A stretch of 64,000 nucleotides of DNA from Candidatus Omnitrophota bacterium (GTDB taxonomy: Bacteria; Omnitrophota; Gorgyraeia; Gygaellales; Profunditerraquicolaceae): NCBI GenBank assembly GCA_042570405.1, contig JBHPGR010000004.1, positions 4,474 through 68,473 of the forward strand, read 5' to 3'. Made by a program: the position numbers and the translations under genes. Under the pieces are notes generated by a model. That model saw nothing but the letters and a program-made list of their open reading frames with translations, was not told the DNA's origin and did not search any database. This document shows positions 18,401-27,726 of this stretch, in pieces. Position 1 is the first letter of the stretch, and every line of letters starts with the position of its first letter.

Positions 18401-19170
18401 AAATAGCCTTCTGTCTCCGAGGCATCGCTCATAATAAAGACCAGATCAGTAACCGCGCTGACATTCTTGCTAAACTCAAAGAGCCCTGCGTTAGTATAAA
18501 CTGTATTGCCGGTAAGGGTAAAGCTGGTATCTAAGGTTACGCTGGCCCCTGAAGCAACGTTCCCACTCCACCTTTCCACTGAGTCGATGGTGATTTTTTT
18601 AAGCTTTATGCCCGGCCCGCCGCTAAAGCTGATCCTTACCCCGGTAATAATTATGTTATTAGCTATAATATTCTCTAAGGTAATGTCTTGCAGGTTTTTT
18701 CCCGAGATGCTTCCCCCTGATGCTACCAGGTAATCCGCATCCCCGCCGCTCAATTTGCCGCCTGCACTCCCCGGGCCAAAGGAGGCATCAGCTATATAGG
18801 TGGATATATTGACTAAATGAGTGGCCGTCTCTCCGGCAAGATAGGCCCTGACCTGGACCTTCTTTAAGTTATTGTTCCACCCGGGGACGTAATTAACTGT
18901 GCGCCGTAGATCATAAGCATACCCCTCATAATTACTATAGGTATCGTCATCCCCGTCCTCTAAAGTACTGTGGTTATAGTCTAAGTTGCTGATCTTGGCC
19001 AGCTCTGTCTTAGCCAGGCCTTCAGCAACAGCTAGATCACGCGAATAGACTATCCCGCGCATATACTCCATAGAGATCAGGCCTAAAGGGATCATCACAA
19101 TCCCCATGATCACGATCGTGACGATCAACTCGATCAAAGTAAAACCTCTTCGCCGATCTCCTCTTCTCAT
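18394..19170 (-). CDS. Prepilin-type N-terminal cleavage/methylation domain protein (minor pseudopilin)
   Basis: RRGFTLIELIVTIVIMGIV. Start moved to the internal ATG (MRRGDRRRGFTLIEL) so that it no longer overlaps the upstream gene. Confidence 0.65.
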   Translation of the reverse strand: MRRGDRRRGFTLIELIVTIVIMGIVMIPLGLISMEYMRGIVYSRDLAVAEGLAKTELAKISNLDYNHSTLEDGDDDTYSNYEGYAYDLRRTVNYVPGWNNNLKKVQVRAYLAGETATHLVNISTYIADASFGPGSAGGKLSGGDADYLVASGGSISGKNLQDITLENIIANNIIITGVRISFSGGPGIKLKKITIDSVERWSGNVASGASVTLDTSFTLTGNTVYTNAGLFEFSKNVSAVTDLVFIMSDASETEGYLW

Positions 19171-19174
19171 CGCA

Positions 19175-19942
19175 TTATAGATGGTCCTGTGACTCCTCCC
19201 AGGAGATGATCTCGTTCGTCCCAACATCATAGCCGGCCTTGAGGGTGCGGATATATGTAAAGGGTGTTACTGCCTCGCCGGTGGAGGTGATGATGATCGC
19301 GTTGACGCTGCCTGCGCCTTCATCTAAGAGCATGATCTCGACCCCACTATTATCACTAAAGGTGATCATCGCGCTGATCGTCATAGGAAGTATATTACTG
19401 CCTATTTCCCAATCCAGCCAGACATCATTCTCGGTTACGCCCGCCGGTATCGTAAAATCACTCATATCTATATTAGTACCGCTGGAGGCAGAACCCGTCC
19501 ACTCGACAACGCCGCGCCCCAGGTCTATGCTGGTCAGATTCTCTCCCCCATCCGGGGTCCAGCTCACCTCCATATGGGTTATCGTGATATCATCTGCACT
19601 GTTAAGATTAGTCATGCTGATATCCTTTAACTTCCTGCCGGCGATTATCCTGGGGTTACTGCAATCGGCAAGAAAGAACATCCCTGAACCGCCTATTGAG
19701 AAAGAGAGATTATCCGCTAAGGAAACATCAGCCGCCTCGGTGATGCTCCCGTTATTGGCGTAATCCACGATCGCCTGCATCAGGCCTGCCTGGGCAGCGT
19801 AAAAGGCCTGGTCCCGGCCAAGGTTCATCACGTTAAAGCGAAGGCCTTCGCTGATATAAAAGACGATCCCAAAGGCGACGATCGCCAGAAGAACAATGAC
19901 CATGATCAATGCGATTAATACGATGCCCCGGTTACTCCTCAT
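19175..19942 (-). CDS. PilX/GspK-like pseudopilin lacking Glu5
   Basis: MRSNRGIVLIALIMVIVLLAIVAFG is a hydrophobic N-terminal helix without the conserved Glu, as in PilX-N-domain proteins. Confidence 0.5.
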   Translation of the reverse strand: MRSNRGIVLIALIMVIVLLAIVAFGIVFYISEGLRFNVMNLGRDQAFYAAQAGLMQAIVDYANNGSITEAADVSLADNLSFSIGGSGMFFLADCSNPRIIAGRKLKDISMTNLNSADDITITHMEVSWTPDGGENLTSIDLGRGVVEWTGSASSGTNIDMSDFTIPAGVTENDVWLDWEIGSNILPMTISAMITFSDNSGVEIMLLDEGAGSVNAIIITSTGEAVTPFTYIRTLKAGYDVGTNEIISWEESQDHL

Positions 19943-21410
19943 CCATCTCCTCCAATGCCTTTCGCGCAGGAAAATATTGCGCATCCACCTTCAGCGCCTC
20001 ATTATAGCACATTTTGGCCTGCTTGAGATCACCGATTTCTCTGTAAACCATGCCTAAATTGCACCAGATATGCGGCTGTTTGGGGTTGATCATCAGATTG
20101 ATCCAGGAGTAGCTTATTGCCTGGTCAAACCTACCTGAGGCGTAGTATGTACCGGCCAGATTATTGTAAGCCATATAGCCTTCGGGGAAATTATTGATGT
20201 TCGTCTCCCAGAAGGTAAAGAGATCCCGGTAATCCCGGTTGCGCATCACAGTAGATACGGCATAAGAAGACAAAAACAGGATCAGTACCGCAACCGCTAT
20301 TGGGCGGATCAGCTTCCTGCCTTTGCTCTTTCTATTTATGATCTCCCAGACCCTGACAAAGAAATAAGCCAGGATAATCGAGAAACCCACTGTCGGCAGA
20401 TAAACGTATCTCTCTGAGATTATATTACACACCGGGATGATATTGGAATACGGCAGATAGGTGGCGAAGAACCAGGCAATACCAAATGACAAAGGTTTAG
20501 CGCTCTTGCGGCAGCGCAAAAATGTTACAATCGATACGGCAATAATGAATAGGGAGACAAAAAAAGCCGGGGTGATCTTATCTGCATCAAGAGTATTGTA
20601 AGCAAAAGGATGATACAGGCCCCGGGCGACCGGCAGATAGATGATCTTCAGGTAATAGGTAAAAGCCTTCACTGCCACGATCAAATAACCTGGACTCCTG
20701 TATGAAAAGATAGTATGGACCAGTTCATTCCTTGCGGCGAAAAACATTGCACTTACACTGGCCACAATTAGAATAACGAAAGATAGAATGATGCGCCTTA
20801 ATCTGATCAGGGATATTTTGTCTGCCTCGCCCTTTCTTCTGAAAAATAAATCATAAACTGCAAAGATTATCGGCAGGGCAACGACAGTATTATTAGTCAA
20901 TAGGCAGAGAGAAAAGAAGAAAATTGAGAGCGCAAGATTTACAATCGTCCGGTCAGCTTTAATGTAGAATATTACCGCAAGCAGAAACCAAAAACTTGAG
21001 AACACATACGGCCCTGCGGAGATCCAGCTCACTGCCTCGGTATGGATCGGGTGTACTGCGAAGATAAGGCCGGCTAAAAATGAGATCGCCCTGTTGCCGA
21101 ATATGAGATTGCAGAGGATAAAAATCAGCAGAACGCAGGAGGCATGCAGTAATACGCTGAATAGATGAAAGGCAAAAGGCTTCCCCGCTCCTATCTGCCA
21201 GATAAGGGCGCGCGTTAATTCGGTGAGGATGCCCGGCCTGATGCTGAAATCCTGGGTAAAGAAGGTCTTTAAATCATGGATCTTCTCGTTCTTTAATATC
21301 CCGGTATAATCATCGATCAAGAACTCCCCCCATAAGGAGTTTATATAGACCGCAAGGCTTACCGCGATCAGAAATGAGATCAAAATCAGGTTTAATTTCT
21401 TTGCCCCCAT
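19932..21410 (-). CDS. Polytopic membrane protein with C-terminal TPR repeats (TMTC / GT-C-like putative glycosyltransferase)
   Basis: At least 10 TM helices; the N-terminal GEFLIDDY loop resembles GT-C/TMTC-type enzymes; the C-terminal TPR repeats read AYNNLAGTYYASGRFDQAISYS, NLGMVYREIGDLKQAKMCYNEAL. Start placed at ATG 21410, which has GAGGT 6 nt upstream. The track start is a TTG inside the pilin terminator. Confidence 0.55.
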   Translation of the reverse strand: MGAKKLNLILISFLIAVSLAVYINSLWGEFLIDDYTGILKNEKIHDLKTFFTQDFSIRPGILTELTRALIWQIGAGKPFAFHLFSVLLHASCVLLIFILCNLIFGNRAISFLAGLIFAVHPIHTEAVSWISAGPYVFSSFWFLLAVIFYIKADRTIVNLALSIFFFSLCLLTNNTVVALPIIFAVYDLFFRRKGEADKISLIRLRRIILSFVILIVASVSAMFFAARNELVHTIFSYRSPGYLIVAVKAFTYYLKIIYLPVARGLYHPFAYNTLDADKITPAFFVSLFIIAVSIVTFLRCRKSAKPLSFGIAWFFATYLPYSNIIPVCNIISERYVYLPTVGFSIILAYFFVRVWEIINRKSKGRKLIRPIAVAVLILFLSSYAVSTVMRNRDYRDLFTFWETNINNFPEGYMAYNNLAGTYYASGRFDQAISYSWINLMINPKQPHIWCNLGMVYREIGDLKQAKMCYNEALKVDAQYFPARKALEEMDEE

Positions 21411-21422
21411 CAGATACCTCAT

Positions 21423-21444
21423 AAAAAAAGAAAGCCGGCTTTTC
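21423..21444 (-). terminator. Intrinsic terminator/attenuator candidate after the pilin gene
   Basis: The reverse strand reads GAAAAGCCGGCTTTC followed by TTTTTTT. The stem is short and AU-rich. Confidence 0.4.
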
Positions 21445-21495
21445 AATAGTGATCGATAATGAAAAGTCAGCTTTCTTCTATAATCACGCTAACGA

Positions 21496-21900
21496 TTAAT
21501 ACCCGGAACCCTGTGTCTCCGGAGCTGAGCTCCAGATCATACCGGTGCCGCTATCATAGATCCAGCCGGCAGCTGAATTGCCGGTCTCTGAGGTGCCGCT
21601 TACGATATCGTTTGAGCCGGTGTATGGGTTTTCGGGAATGCCTAAATTCATCGGTCCGCCCGGAGAAGACTCCATCTCTGCTAATGTCGGATAAGACGCA
21701 CTCCCGGAAGATGCTGTCTTGGCATACCAGATACCGACCCCGCTGCGCAGGCCCCCCAGAGCACCCTGAACAGCTGCCCTCCTGGCATCAGCCTGCAGAT
21801 TAAAGAATGTCGGTATGGCAACTGCCGACAAAATTCCCAAGATCACGATCACCATCACCAATTCGATCAATGTAAAGCCGCCTATCCTTCTCTTTTCCAC
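21496..21900 (-). CDS. Type IV pilin / T2SS GspG-like major pilin
   Basis: IGGFTLIELVMVIVILGILSAVAIPTF is a prepilin leader with Glu5. Confidence 0.75.
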   Translation of the reverse strand: MEKRRIGGFTLIELVMVIVILGILSAVAIPTFFNLQADARRAAVQGALGGLRSGVGIWYAKTASSGSASYPTLAEMESSPGGPMNLGIPENPYTGSNDIVSGTSETGNSAAGWIYDSGTGMIWSSAPETQGSGY

Positions 21901-21967
21901 ACCCGCCCCCTTCTACTCCGTTTTCATAACCTTTAGTAGATGAACTTACTGTACCATTATTGCTTTC

Positions 21968-21996
21968 ATAATAATATCTATTACGGAAAGTGTCAA
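21968..21996 (-). promoter_or_regulatory. Sigma70-type promoter candidate TTGACA-N17-TATTAT for the pilin gene
   Basis: Hexamers read on the reverse strand: -35 at 21991-21996 and -10 at 21968-21973, about 65 nt upstream of the pilin ATG. Confidence 0.45.
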
Positions 21997-22036
21997 GCAG
22001 ATTTTCCTTATTATTCCCCCTACGGGTACCGAGGAT

Positions 22037-23251
22037 CTAGGACGGATTAAACACCTTGATCAGATTCCACATCGGCATAAATATCCCCAATGCCATCAAC
22101 AGGACCATCATCCCAAGGACAAAGATCAATACCGGCTCGATGTAAGTAGTCAGATTCTTGATCATATAGCCGCTCTCGCGGTCATAGTAATCAGCAACGC
22201 TAAAGAGCAGTTCATCGACCTTCCCGGTCTGCTCACCGATAGCGACCATCTGCACCACTACCGGAGGAAAAAGAGCAGTCACTTTCATCGGCTCAGAGAT
22301 ACCTTTACCCTGGCTGACGCTGGAGCGGATATTAGCGACCGCCCTGGCGATGATCACGTTCCCTAAGGTTCTACCCACCAAATCAAAGACCTCCAGTATC
22401 GGGATGCCGCTTTTGATCAACATCGCGGTGATCCTGGTAAAGCGAGCCATAATAAACATCGATAGCAGCGGGCCCAAGACAGGCAGCTTTAGTTTAAAGT
22501 TATCCCAGACCGGCCGGCCGAACTGCGAATGAATAAAATGGATGAAGGCATAGCTGGATACGCCTAGCGCGATAAAAAATATGTACCAAAACCTGCTGAT
22601 CACTATATTTAAACCGATCAAGATCCGCGTAGGCAGCGGCAGCACAGCATTAAATTGTCCGTAAAGCGCTGCAAAGCGCGGAATCACAAAGGTGACGACG
22701 ATCAAGAAACCAGCGCACAAGACAAAGAATGCAATTAACGGATACCTGGTAGCTGCCTTGATCTGCTGCTGCGTATCGATCTCCTGTTCGATCAACCCGT
22801 TCAGGCGCTCTAAGACCCCGACCATCGCCCCTCCCCGCTCTGCAGCGGCGATCATATTAGTGTAGATCTCGTCAAATACCTGCGGGTGCTTCTTAAGGGC
22901 ATCCGAAAAACTTAACCCTCCCCTGACATCACGGGCGATCTCCTCGATCACCAGTTTAAAATATGCGTTATTCATCTGTCCGGCTATGGCCTGAAAACTG
23001 GAGAGCAGCGGCACTCCGGCTTTTTGCATAGAATACAACTGGCGGGTAAAGGCATTGAGATCCTGCGGCTTTACACGTTTGAGCTTTCGCAGGAACTTCT
23101 CTGCACCGATCTCCTTAGCCTGCGAGATAGAGACCGGGGTATAATCCATACTTTTAAGCTTCTTTGCCGCATCATCCTTATCCTTAGCAACAATGGTGCC
23201 GGATACTGCTTTTGCGAATTTATCGCGTGCCTTATATTTAAAATTTGCCAT
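22037..23251 (-). CDS. pilC: Type IV pilus / T2SS platform protein (GspF/PilC family)
   Basis: 404 aa with two T2SSF repeats and three TM helices. Confidence 0.85.
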   Translation of the reverse strand: MANFKYKARDKFAKAVSGTIVAKDKDDAAKKLKSMDYTPVSISQAKEIGAEKFLRKLKRVKPQDLNAFTRQLYSMQKAGVPLLSSFQAIAGQMNNAYFKLVIEEIARDVRGGLSFSDALKKHPQVFDEIYTNMIAAAERGGAMVGVLERLNGLIEQEIDTQQQIKAATRYPLIAFFVLCAGFLIVVTFVIPRFAALYGQFNAVLPLPTRILIGLNIVISRFWYIFFIALGVSSYAFIHFIHSQFGRPVWDNFKLKLPVLGPLLSMFIMARFTRITAMLIKSGIPILEVFDLVGRTLGNVIIARAVANIRSSVSQGKGISEPMKVTALFPPVVVQMVAIGEQTGKVDELLFSVADYYDRESGYMIKNLTTYIEPVLIFVLGMMVLLMALGIFMPMWNLIKVFNPS

Positions 23252-23257
23252 CTTATC

Positions 23258-24925
23258 CTATGCCTCTTCAGTCACCCGCAAGACTTCATCTATAGTAGTG
23301 ATCCCGCTCTTGACCTTCTCTACTCCGTCAGTATAAAGCAGGCGCATCCCTGACTCAATTCCCTTTTTCTTGATCTCTTCAGCAGAGCGCTTTGCCGTGA
23401 CCATATTTTTGACTTCATCATCGATCAGGAGCAGTTCATAGATGCCGATCCTGCCCCCAAAGCCTGTATTCCTGCACTTCTGGCAACCCTTACCGCGGTA
23501 GAACTCTACTTTTTCTGTCAATTGAAGGTTTTTAAGCACTTCATCGGAGGGAGTATATTTATCCTTGCACTTCGGGCAGATCACCCGTACCAGCCGCTGC
23601 GCAAGGATCGCAATCACTGAACTTGAGATAAGGTACGGCTCGATCCCCATATCCAGAAGCCTGGTCAAGGCGCTTGCCGCATCATTAGTGTGCAGGGTCG
23701 AAAAGACCAGATGACCGGTAAGCGATGCCTGGATCGCGATCTCTGCAGTCTCCTTATCGCGGATCTCACCCACCATTACCATATCCGGATCCTGACGCAG
23801 GATACTGCGCAGGCCATTGGCAAAAGTAAGCCCGGCCTTAGGATTGACCTGTGTCTGGCGTATTAAAGGGATCTGGTATTCAACGGGATCCTCAATGGTG
23901 ATGATGTTCTTCTCTATAGAGTTTATCGCGGATAAAGCCGCGTATAAAGTGGTGGTCTTTCCGGAGCCGGTCGGTCCGGTGACCAGGACTATCCCGTTGG
24001 GATTTCTGATGATCTTATCAAACCCCTTAAGGGTTTGCTCTGAAAAACCCAGCTCAGCTAATCCCAGGATCACCGAAGACTTATCCAGGATCCTCAAGAC
24101 CAGGTTCTCCCCATGCACGGTGGGAAATGATGAAACCCTCAGGTCCAGGTTCTTACTCTCCATCTTCAGCTGTATCCTGCCGTCCTGGGGGAGACGTGTC
24201 TCAGAGATATCCATCTTTGACATCACCTTGATTCTTGAAGCCAGGGCGCTCTGCAGATGCTTGGGTATCTCCTGTACTTCATGCAGGATACCGTCTACGC
24301 GGTAACGAATCAACACTTTATCCTCCCCGGGCTCGATATGGATATCACTGGAGCGTTCCTTTACTGCCTGCATAATGATCAGATTCACCAGTTTGATTAC
24401 CGGCGCCTCCTCCGCGACCTCGGCTAAACCTTTAGCGTCCTTCGCCTCCATTTTCTCCTTAGTCAGCCCCTTTACCAGCTCTTTAGCATCGCCGATCGCC
24501 CCGTAATACTGTTCGATCGTCTTCTTGATCATCTCCGCAGTGGATAATACCGGCTCGATCGTCCCGACCTTACTTTTATCTCTGATGTCATCGATTGCAT
24601 TGATATCCTGAGGATCTTCCATAGCCACGGTAAGGCTATCGCCGATCTTAAATAAAGGCACAGCCCTGTGCTTCTTTGCCACCGCTTCCGGGATAAGCTT
24701 GATCACCTCTGCATCGATCAGATAATCCGTAAGGTCCATAAAGGGGACGCCTATTGACTCGGCCACTGCCTGGGTGATATCGTTTTCAGAGATAAAACCT
24801 AACTTCTCCAGGGCCTTTTCAACAGGCATCCCGGTCTTATTAGCCTCCTGCTGGGCTTGGGCGAGCTGATCAGGGGTGATGATCCCTTTTTTTATCAGTA
24901 AATCAAGATTTGACCTTTTAGCCAT
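23258..24925 (-). CDS. pilB: Type IV pilus / T2SS assembly ATPase (GspE/PilB family)
   Basis: Walker A GPTGSGKTT, Asp/His boxes, and a tetracysteine motif CPKC...CQKC. Confidence 0.9.
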   Translation of the reverse strand: MAKRSNLDLLIKKGIITPDQLAQAQQEANKTGMPVEKALEKLGFISENDITQAVAESIGVPFMDLTDYLIDAEVIKLIPEAVAKKHRAVPLFKIGDSLTVAMEDPQDINAIDDIRDKSKVGTIEPVLSTAEMIKKTIEQYYGAIGDAKELVKGLTKEKMEAKDAKGLAEVAEEAPVIKLVNLIIMQAVKERSSDIHIEPGEDKVLIRYRVDGILHEVQEIPKHLQSALASRIKVMSKMDISETRLPQDGRIQLKMESKNLDLRVSSFPTVHGENLVLRILDKSSVILGLAELGFSEQTLKGFDKIIRNPNGIVLVTGPTGSGKTTTLYAALSAINSIEKNIITIEDPVEYQIPLIRQTQVNPKAGLTFANGLRSILRQDPDMVMVGEIRDKETAEIAIQASLTGHLVFSTLHTNDAASALTRLLDMGIEPYLISSSVIAILAQRLVRVICPKCKDKYTPSDEVLKNLQLTEKVEFYRGKGCQKCRNTGFGGRIGIYELLLIDDEVKNMVTAKRSAEEIKKKGIESGMRLLYTDGVEKVKSGITTIDEVLRVTEEA

Positions 24926-25013
24926 AGCCTCTTTATTCTTAAGAGCGTTTACCTCTTAAATCCTTAGGTAAACTTACGATAAACCTGCTCCCCTTGCCTA
25001 CCTCCGTATTTAG

Positions 25014-25379
25014 CTACCCGAGCAACTCCTTGATCCTAGAGACCAATTCCCCCGAGTCGCAGGGTTTTCTTAGCGCATAGTTTACGCCCAGATCCAGACA
25101 CTTCTTTTCAAAGTTTACCGACCCCGAACCGCTTAAAACAATGATTGGAATTTTATTTAGCTCGCGGCTTGCCTTCATCGTCCTGATGATAGCATAACCG
25201 TCAATCTTGGGAAGAATCAGATCTAGAATGACTAAATCCGGCTTCTGGTTAGTCAGCTTATCCAGCCCCTCCTCGCCGTCCTCGGCTGAAATGAACTCTA
25301 ATCCCTCCTTCTCAAACCTTATCCTGTACATATCCACCAGCTCTGGTTCATCTTCGATGAACAGCACCTTCTTGCCCAT
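25014..25379 (-). CDS. Single-domain response regulator (CheY-like receiver)
   Basis: KVLFIEDE...DLVILDLILPKIDG...LSGS...KP. Confidence 0.85.
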   Translation of the reverse strand: MGKKVLFIEDEPELVDMYRIRFEKEGLEFISAEDGEEGLDKLTNQKPDLVILDLILPKIDGYAIIRTMKASRELNKIPIIVLSGSGSVNFEKKCLDLGVNYALRKPCDSGELVSRIKELLG

Positions 25380-25380
25380 A

Positions 25381-27726
25381 TCAGCCTCCTGTCAAAATTA
25401 ATATCTTCTTATATAACTCCTCTTCGTTTTCACCGTCATCAGGAAATGTGACAAAATGGACCTCTGATTTGACCTTATCGGCTATTTGCTGCTCTGCAAA
25501 AAATCTATCTAGCGCCTTTGCAAACCCCTTCTTTACCGCAAGCATGTTTCCCTTGTCGCAATCCTCAAGGATCACCAGGCACTGATTAGCGCCCTCTGCC
25601 GTCAGGTCCTCTCTTTTGCCCAAGGTATTCCTGACGACCTTCTTAAGCTCTGTCAATACAGAGCTTAACTTTATCCGGGGGATCTGCTTACGTATTTTAT
25701 CAAGCCCGCTGAAGGAGATGATCACTGCTGACATCTTTGAATCAGTAGTCTGCGCCAGCTTTATGCCTTTAGCGATGATCTGCTTAAAGAGTGTTTCCCA
25801 TGGATGTTTAGAGAGAGTAAAGCTGATCTTTGTGCCTTTACCTAATTCACTCTCTGCCTGAATTTTTCCTCCGTGCATCTGGATGATCCCCTTGGAGATG
25901 GAAAGGCCCAGGCCGGTACCCTTCTCTCCGGGGCCGGCGGTGCGGCCAAACTGTTGAAACTTACCAAAAAGCTTCGGTATATCCTCTTTAGAGATTCCTA
26001 TTCCGCTATCTACGACAGAACAGGTTACCTCGCCAGGCGCATCCTGCAGCGAGACCTCGACATACCCTTCTTTTGTAAATTTCATGGCGTTGCTGAGCAG
26101 ATTCGTCAAGACCTGAACTATTCTGTCCTTATCAATGAATACCACTACCGGATTAAGGGGCAAGTTGCTGCGCAATCTAATGCCCTTCTGCTTAAAGCGT
26201 ACATCAAAGGAAAGAATCACGACTCTTAACAGTTCTTTTAAGTCAGCCATATCTCTTTCAAGTTCGATCCTCCCGGCCTCGATCTTGGAGACATCAAGGA
26301 GATCATTAATAATCCGCGCTAATCTATCGATACTACTTCTAGCCGTACTTAAAATATTCTGCTGCTTCTCATTTACCTCTCCGGGGACACCATCTAAGAT
26401 CAGGCTAATGCCTTCCTTGGTGATAGCCAGCGGAGTGCGTAGCTCATGGGAGACTACGCTGATAAATTCACTCTTTAATTCATCGATCTTCCTCAACTGC
26501 TTATTCTTACCTTCCAACTCTTTATTCAAAAGCCTGATCCCAGCATTTGCCTTCTTCAGGCCCAAGGTCTGGTTCTCTAGTTCCCTCCTTGTCTGCTCCA
26601 ATATATTCTCTGCCCTCTTCCGATTAGTAATATCCCTGATGATATGCACGGAAGCCACCACCTTACCTTGCTCGTTAAGCACAGGTGAAGTGCTCACGTC
26701 AAGAAAAGGCCCCGAATCCGAAACCGCAAGTTCCGCCGTAGATACCTTTTTATTCCTCAGCGTTTGCCTGTGCGGACACAGGTCTATCGGCCCATTTGTT
26801 TTATGGACAAGCTTATAGCACTTCTTGCCGATTATCTCTTCAGGCTTAAGCTTCAGGAAATCAGCAAAAGCCCTGTTCACCCTGATAATATTAAAATTCT
26901 TATCCATAATTGAAACACAATCGACTATGGAATCAAATGTCCGGCTCCATTCTTTGGCCGCCTCACCGATCCGCAGCTCTGACTCTTTTTGCAGGGTGAT
27001 GTCTCGGACCGTTGCCTGCAAAAGATTAGCATCCTCGAATTCCATCCGGGTCAACAGAACCGTAGCCGGAAATTCAGTGCCATCGGTTCGCTTATGCCTC
27101 CATTCAAAATAGTGTGAACCTTTCTTCATGGCAATCGCCATCATCTTTCTAGCCTTTTCTGAGGATAGCTTACCGTCACTCTGATACCTAGGGGATAATC
27201 GTGCCGGAGTATGTCTTATAAAGTCTGCTTCATCCTTGCAAGCGAACAGCTTTATCGTCGCAGGATTTCCGGAGATAAACCTTCCTTGAGGAATAAGGAC
27301 CATTATCGCATCCCGGGAAGTATCGTAGAGCCCCCTATATTTTCTCTCGCTCACACGCAGTTCATCTTCAATAATCTTTTGTTCGGTAACTTCTAAACCA
27401 TAGATATTGACATATTGCCCCTCCGGAACAGGGATAAAGTTATAGGCAAAGACTTTACCGCCTATGATTACCTCTTGATTACGAAAAGAGAATTTATTCT
27501 TTATACTCTGCGATATTATTTGTTTGCTGTTACGGGGAAGGATCCCAAAAATACTCCTCGCCGATAATCCGCTTCTCTTCAAGAGAAGATCGGCTGCTGG
27601 GTTCTTATAAAGAACCTCGCCGTTTTTCCGTATCCTTAAAACCGGGTTAGGGTTCTCCGAAGGGAATCTGGAGAGGTTGACTGTCTCTTCTTCTGAATTC
27701 TTTTGAATATTCTTCTTACTCGTCAT
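25381..27726 (-). CDS. Multi-PAS sensor histidine kinase with extra C-terminal domain (degenerate GGDEF-like)
   Basis: PAS repeats, an H-box (SHELRTPL) and HATPase_c motifs (N, G1, G2 boxes). About 135 further residues have GGDEF-like topology but lack the GGDEF motif. Confidence 0.85.
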   Translation of the reverse strand: MTSKKNIQKNSEEETVNLSRFPSENPNPVLRIRKNGEVLYKNPAADLLLKRSGLSARSIFGILPRNSKQIISQSIKNKFSFRNQEVIIGGKVFAYNFIPVPEGQYVNIYGLEVTEQKIIEDELRVSERKYRGLYDTSRDAIMVLIPQGRFISGNPATIKLFACKDEADFIRHTPARLSPRYQSDGKLSSEKARKMMAIAMKKGSHYFEWRHKRTDGTEFPATVLLTRMEFEDANLLQATVRDITLQKESELRIGEAAKEWSRTFDSIVDCVSIMDKNFNIIRVNRAFADFLKLKPEEIIGKKCYKLVHKTNGPIDLCPHRQTLRNKKVSTAELAVSDSGPFLDVSTSPVLNEQGKVVASVHIIRDITNRKRAENILEQTRRELENQTLGLKKANAGIRLLNKELEGKNKQLRKIDELKSEFISVVSHELRTPLAITKEGISLILDGVPGEVNEKQQNILSTARSSIDRLARIINDLLDVSKIEAGRIELERDMADLKELLRVVILSFDVRFKQKGIRLRSNLPLNPVVVFIDKDRIVQVLTNLLSNAMKFTKEGYVEVSLQDAPGEVTCSVVDSGIGISKEDIPKLFGKFQQFGRTAGPGEKGTGLGLSISKGIIQMHGGKIQAESELGKGTKISFTLSKHPWETLFKQIIAKGIKLAQTTDSKMSAVIISFSGLDKIRKQIPRIKLSSVLTELKKVVRNTLGKREDLTAEGANQCLVILEDCDKGNMLAVKKGFAKALDRFFAEQQIADKVKSEVHFVTFPDDGENEEELYKKILILTGG

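Noticed and set aside
26135-26818. Long plus-strand ORFs (for example 26135-26818 at 227 aa, 38668-39270 at 200 aa, 30482-31021 at 179 aa, 17230-17763 at 177 aa, 19239-19763 at 174 aa, 56143-56655 at 170 aa), along with the other plus-strand ORFs in the track
   Set aside because: Each lies entirely antisense to a minus-strand gene with clear family motifs. Their translations are Ser/Pro/Arg/Leu-rich with no recognisable domains or SD sequences. They are shadow ORFs.
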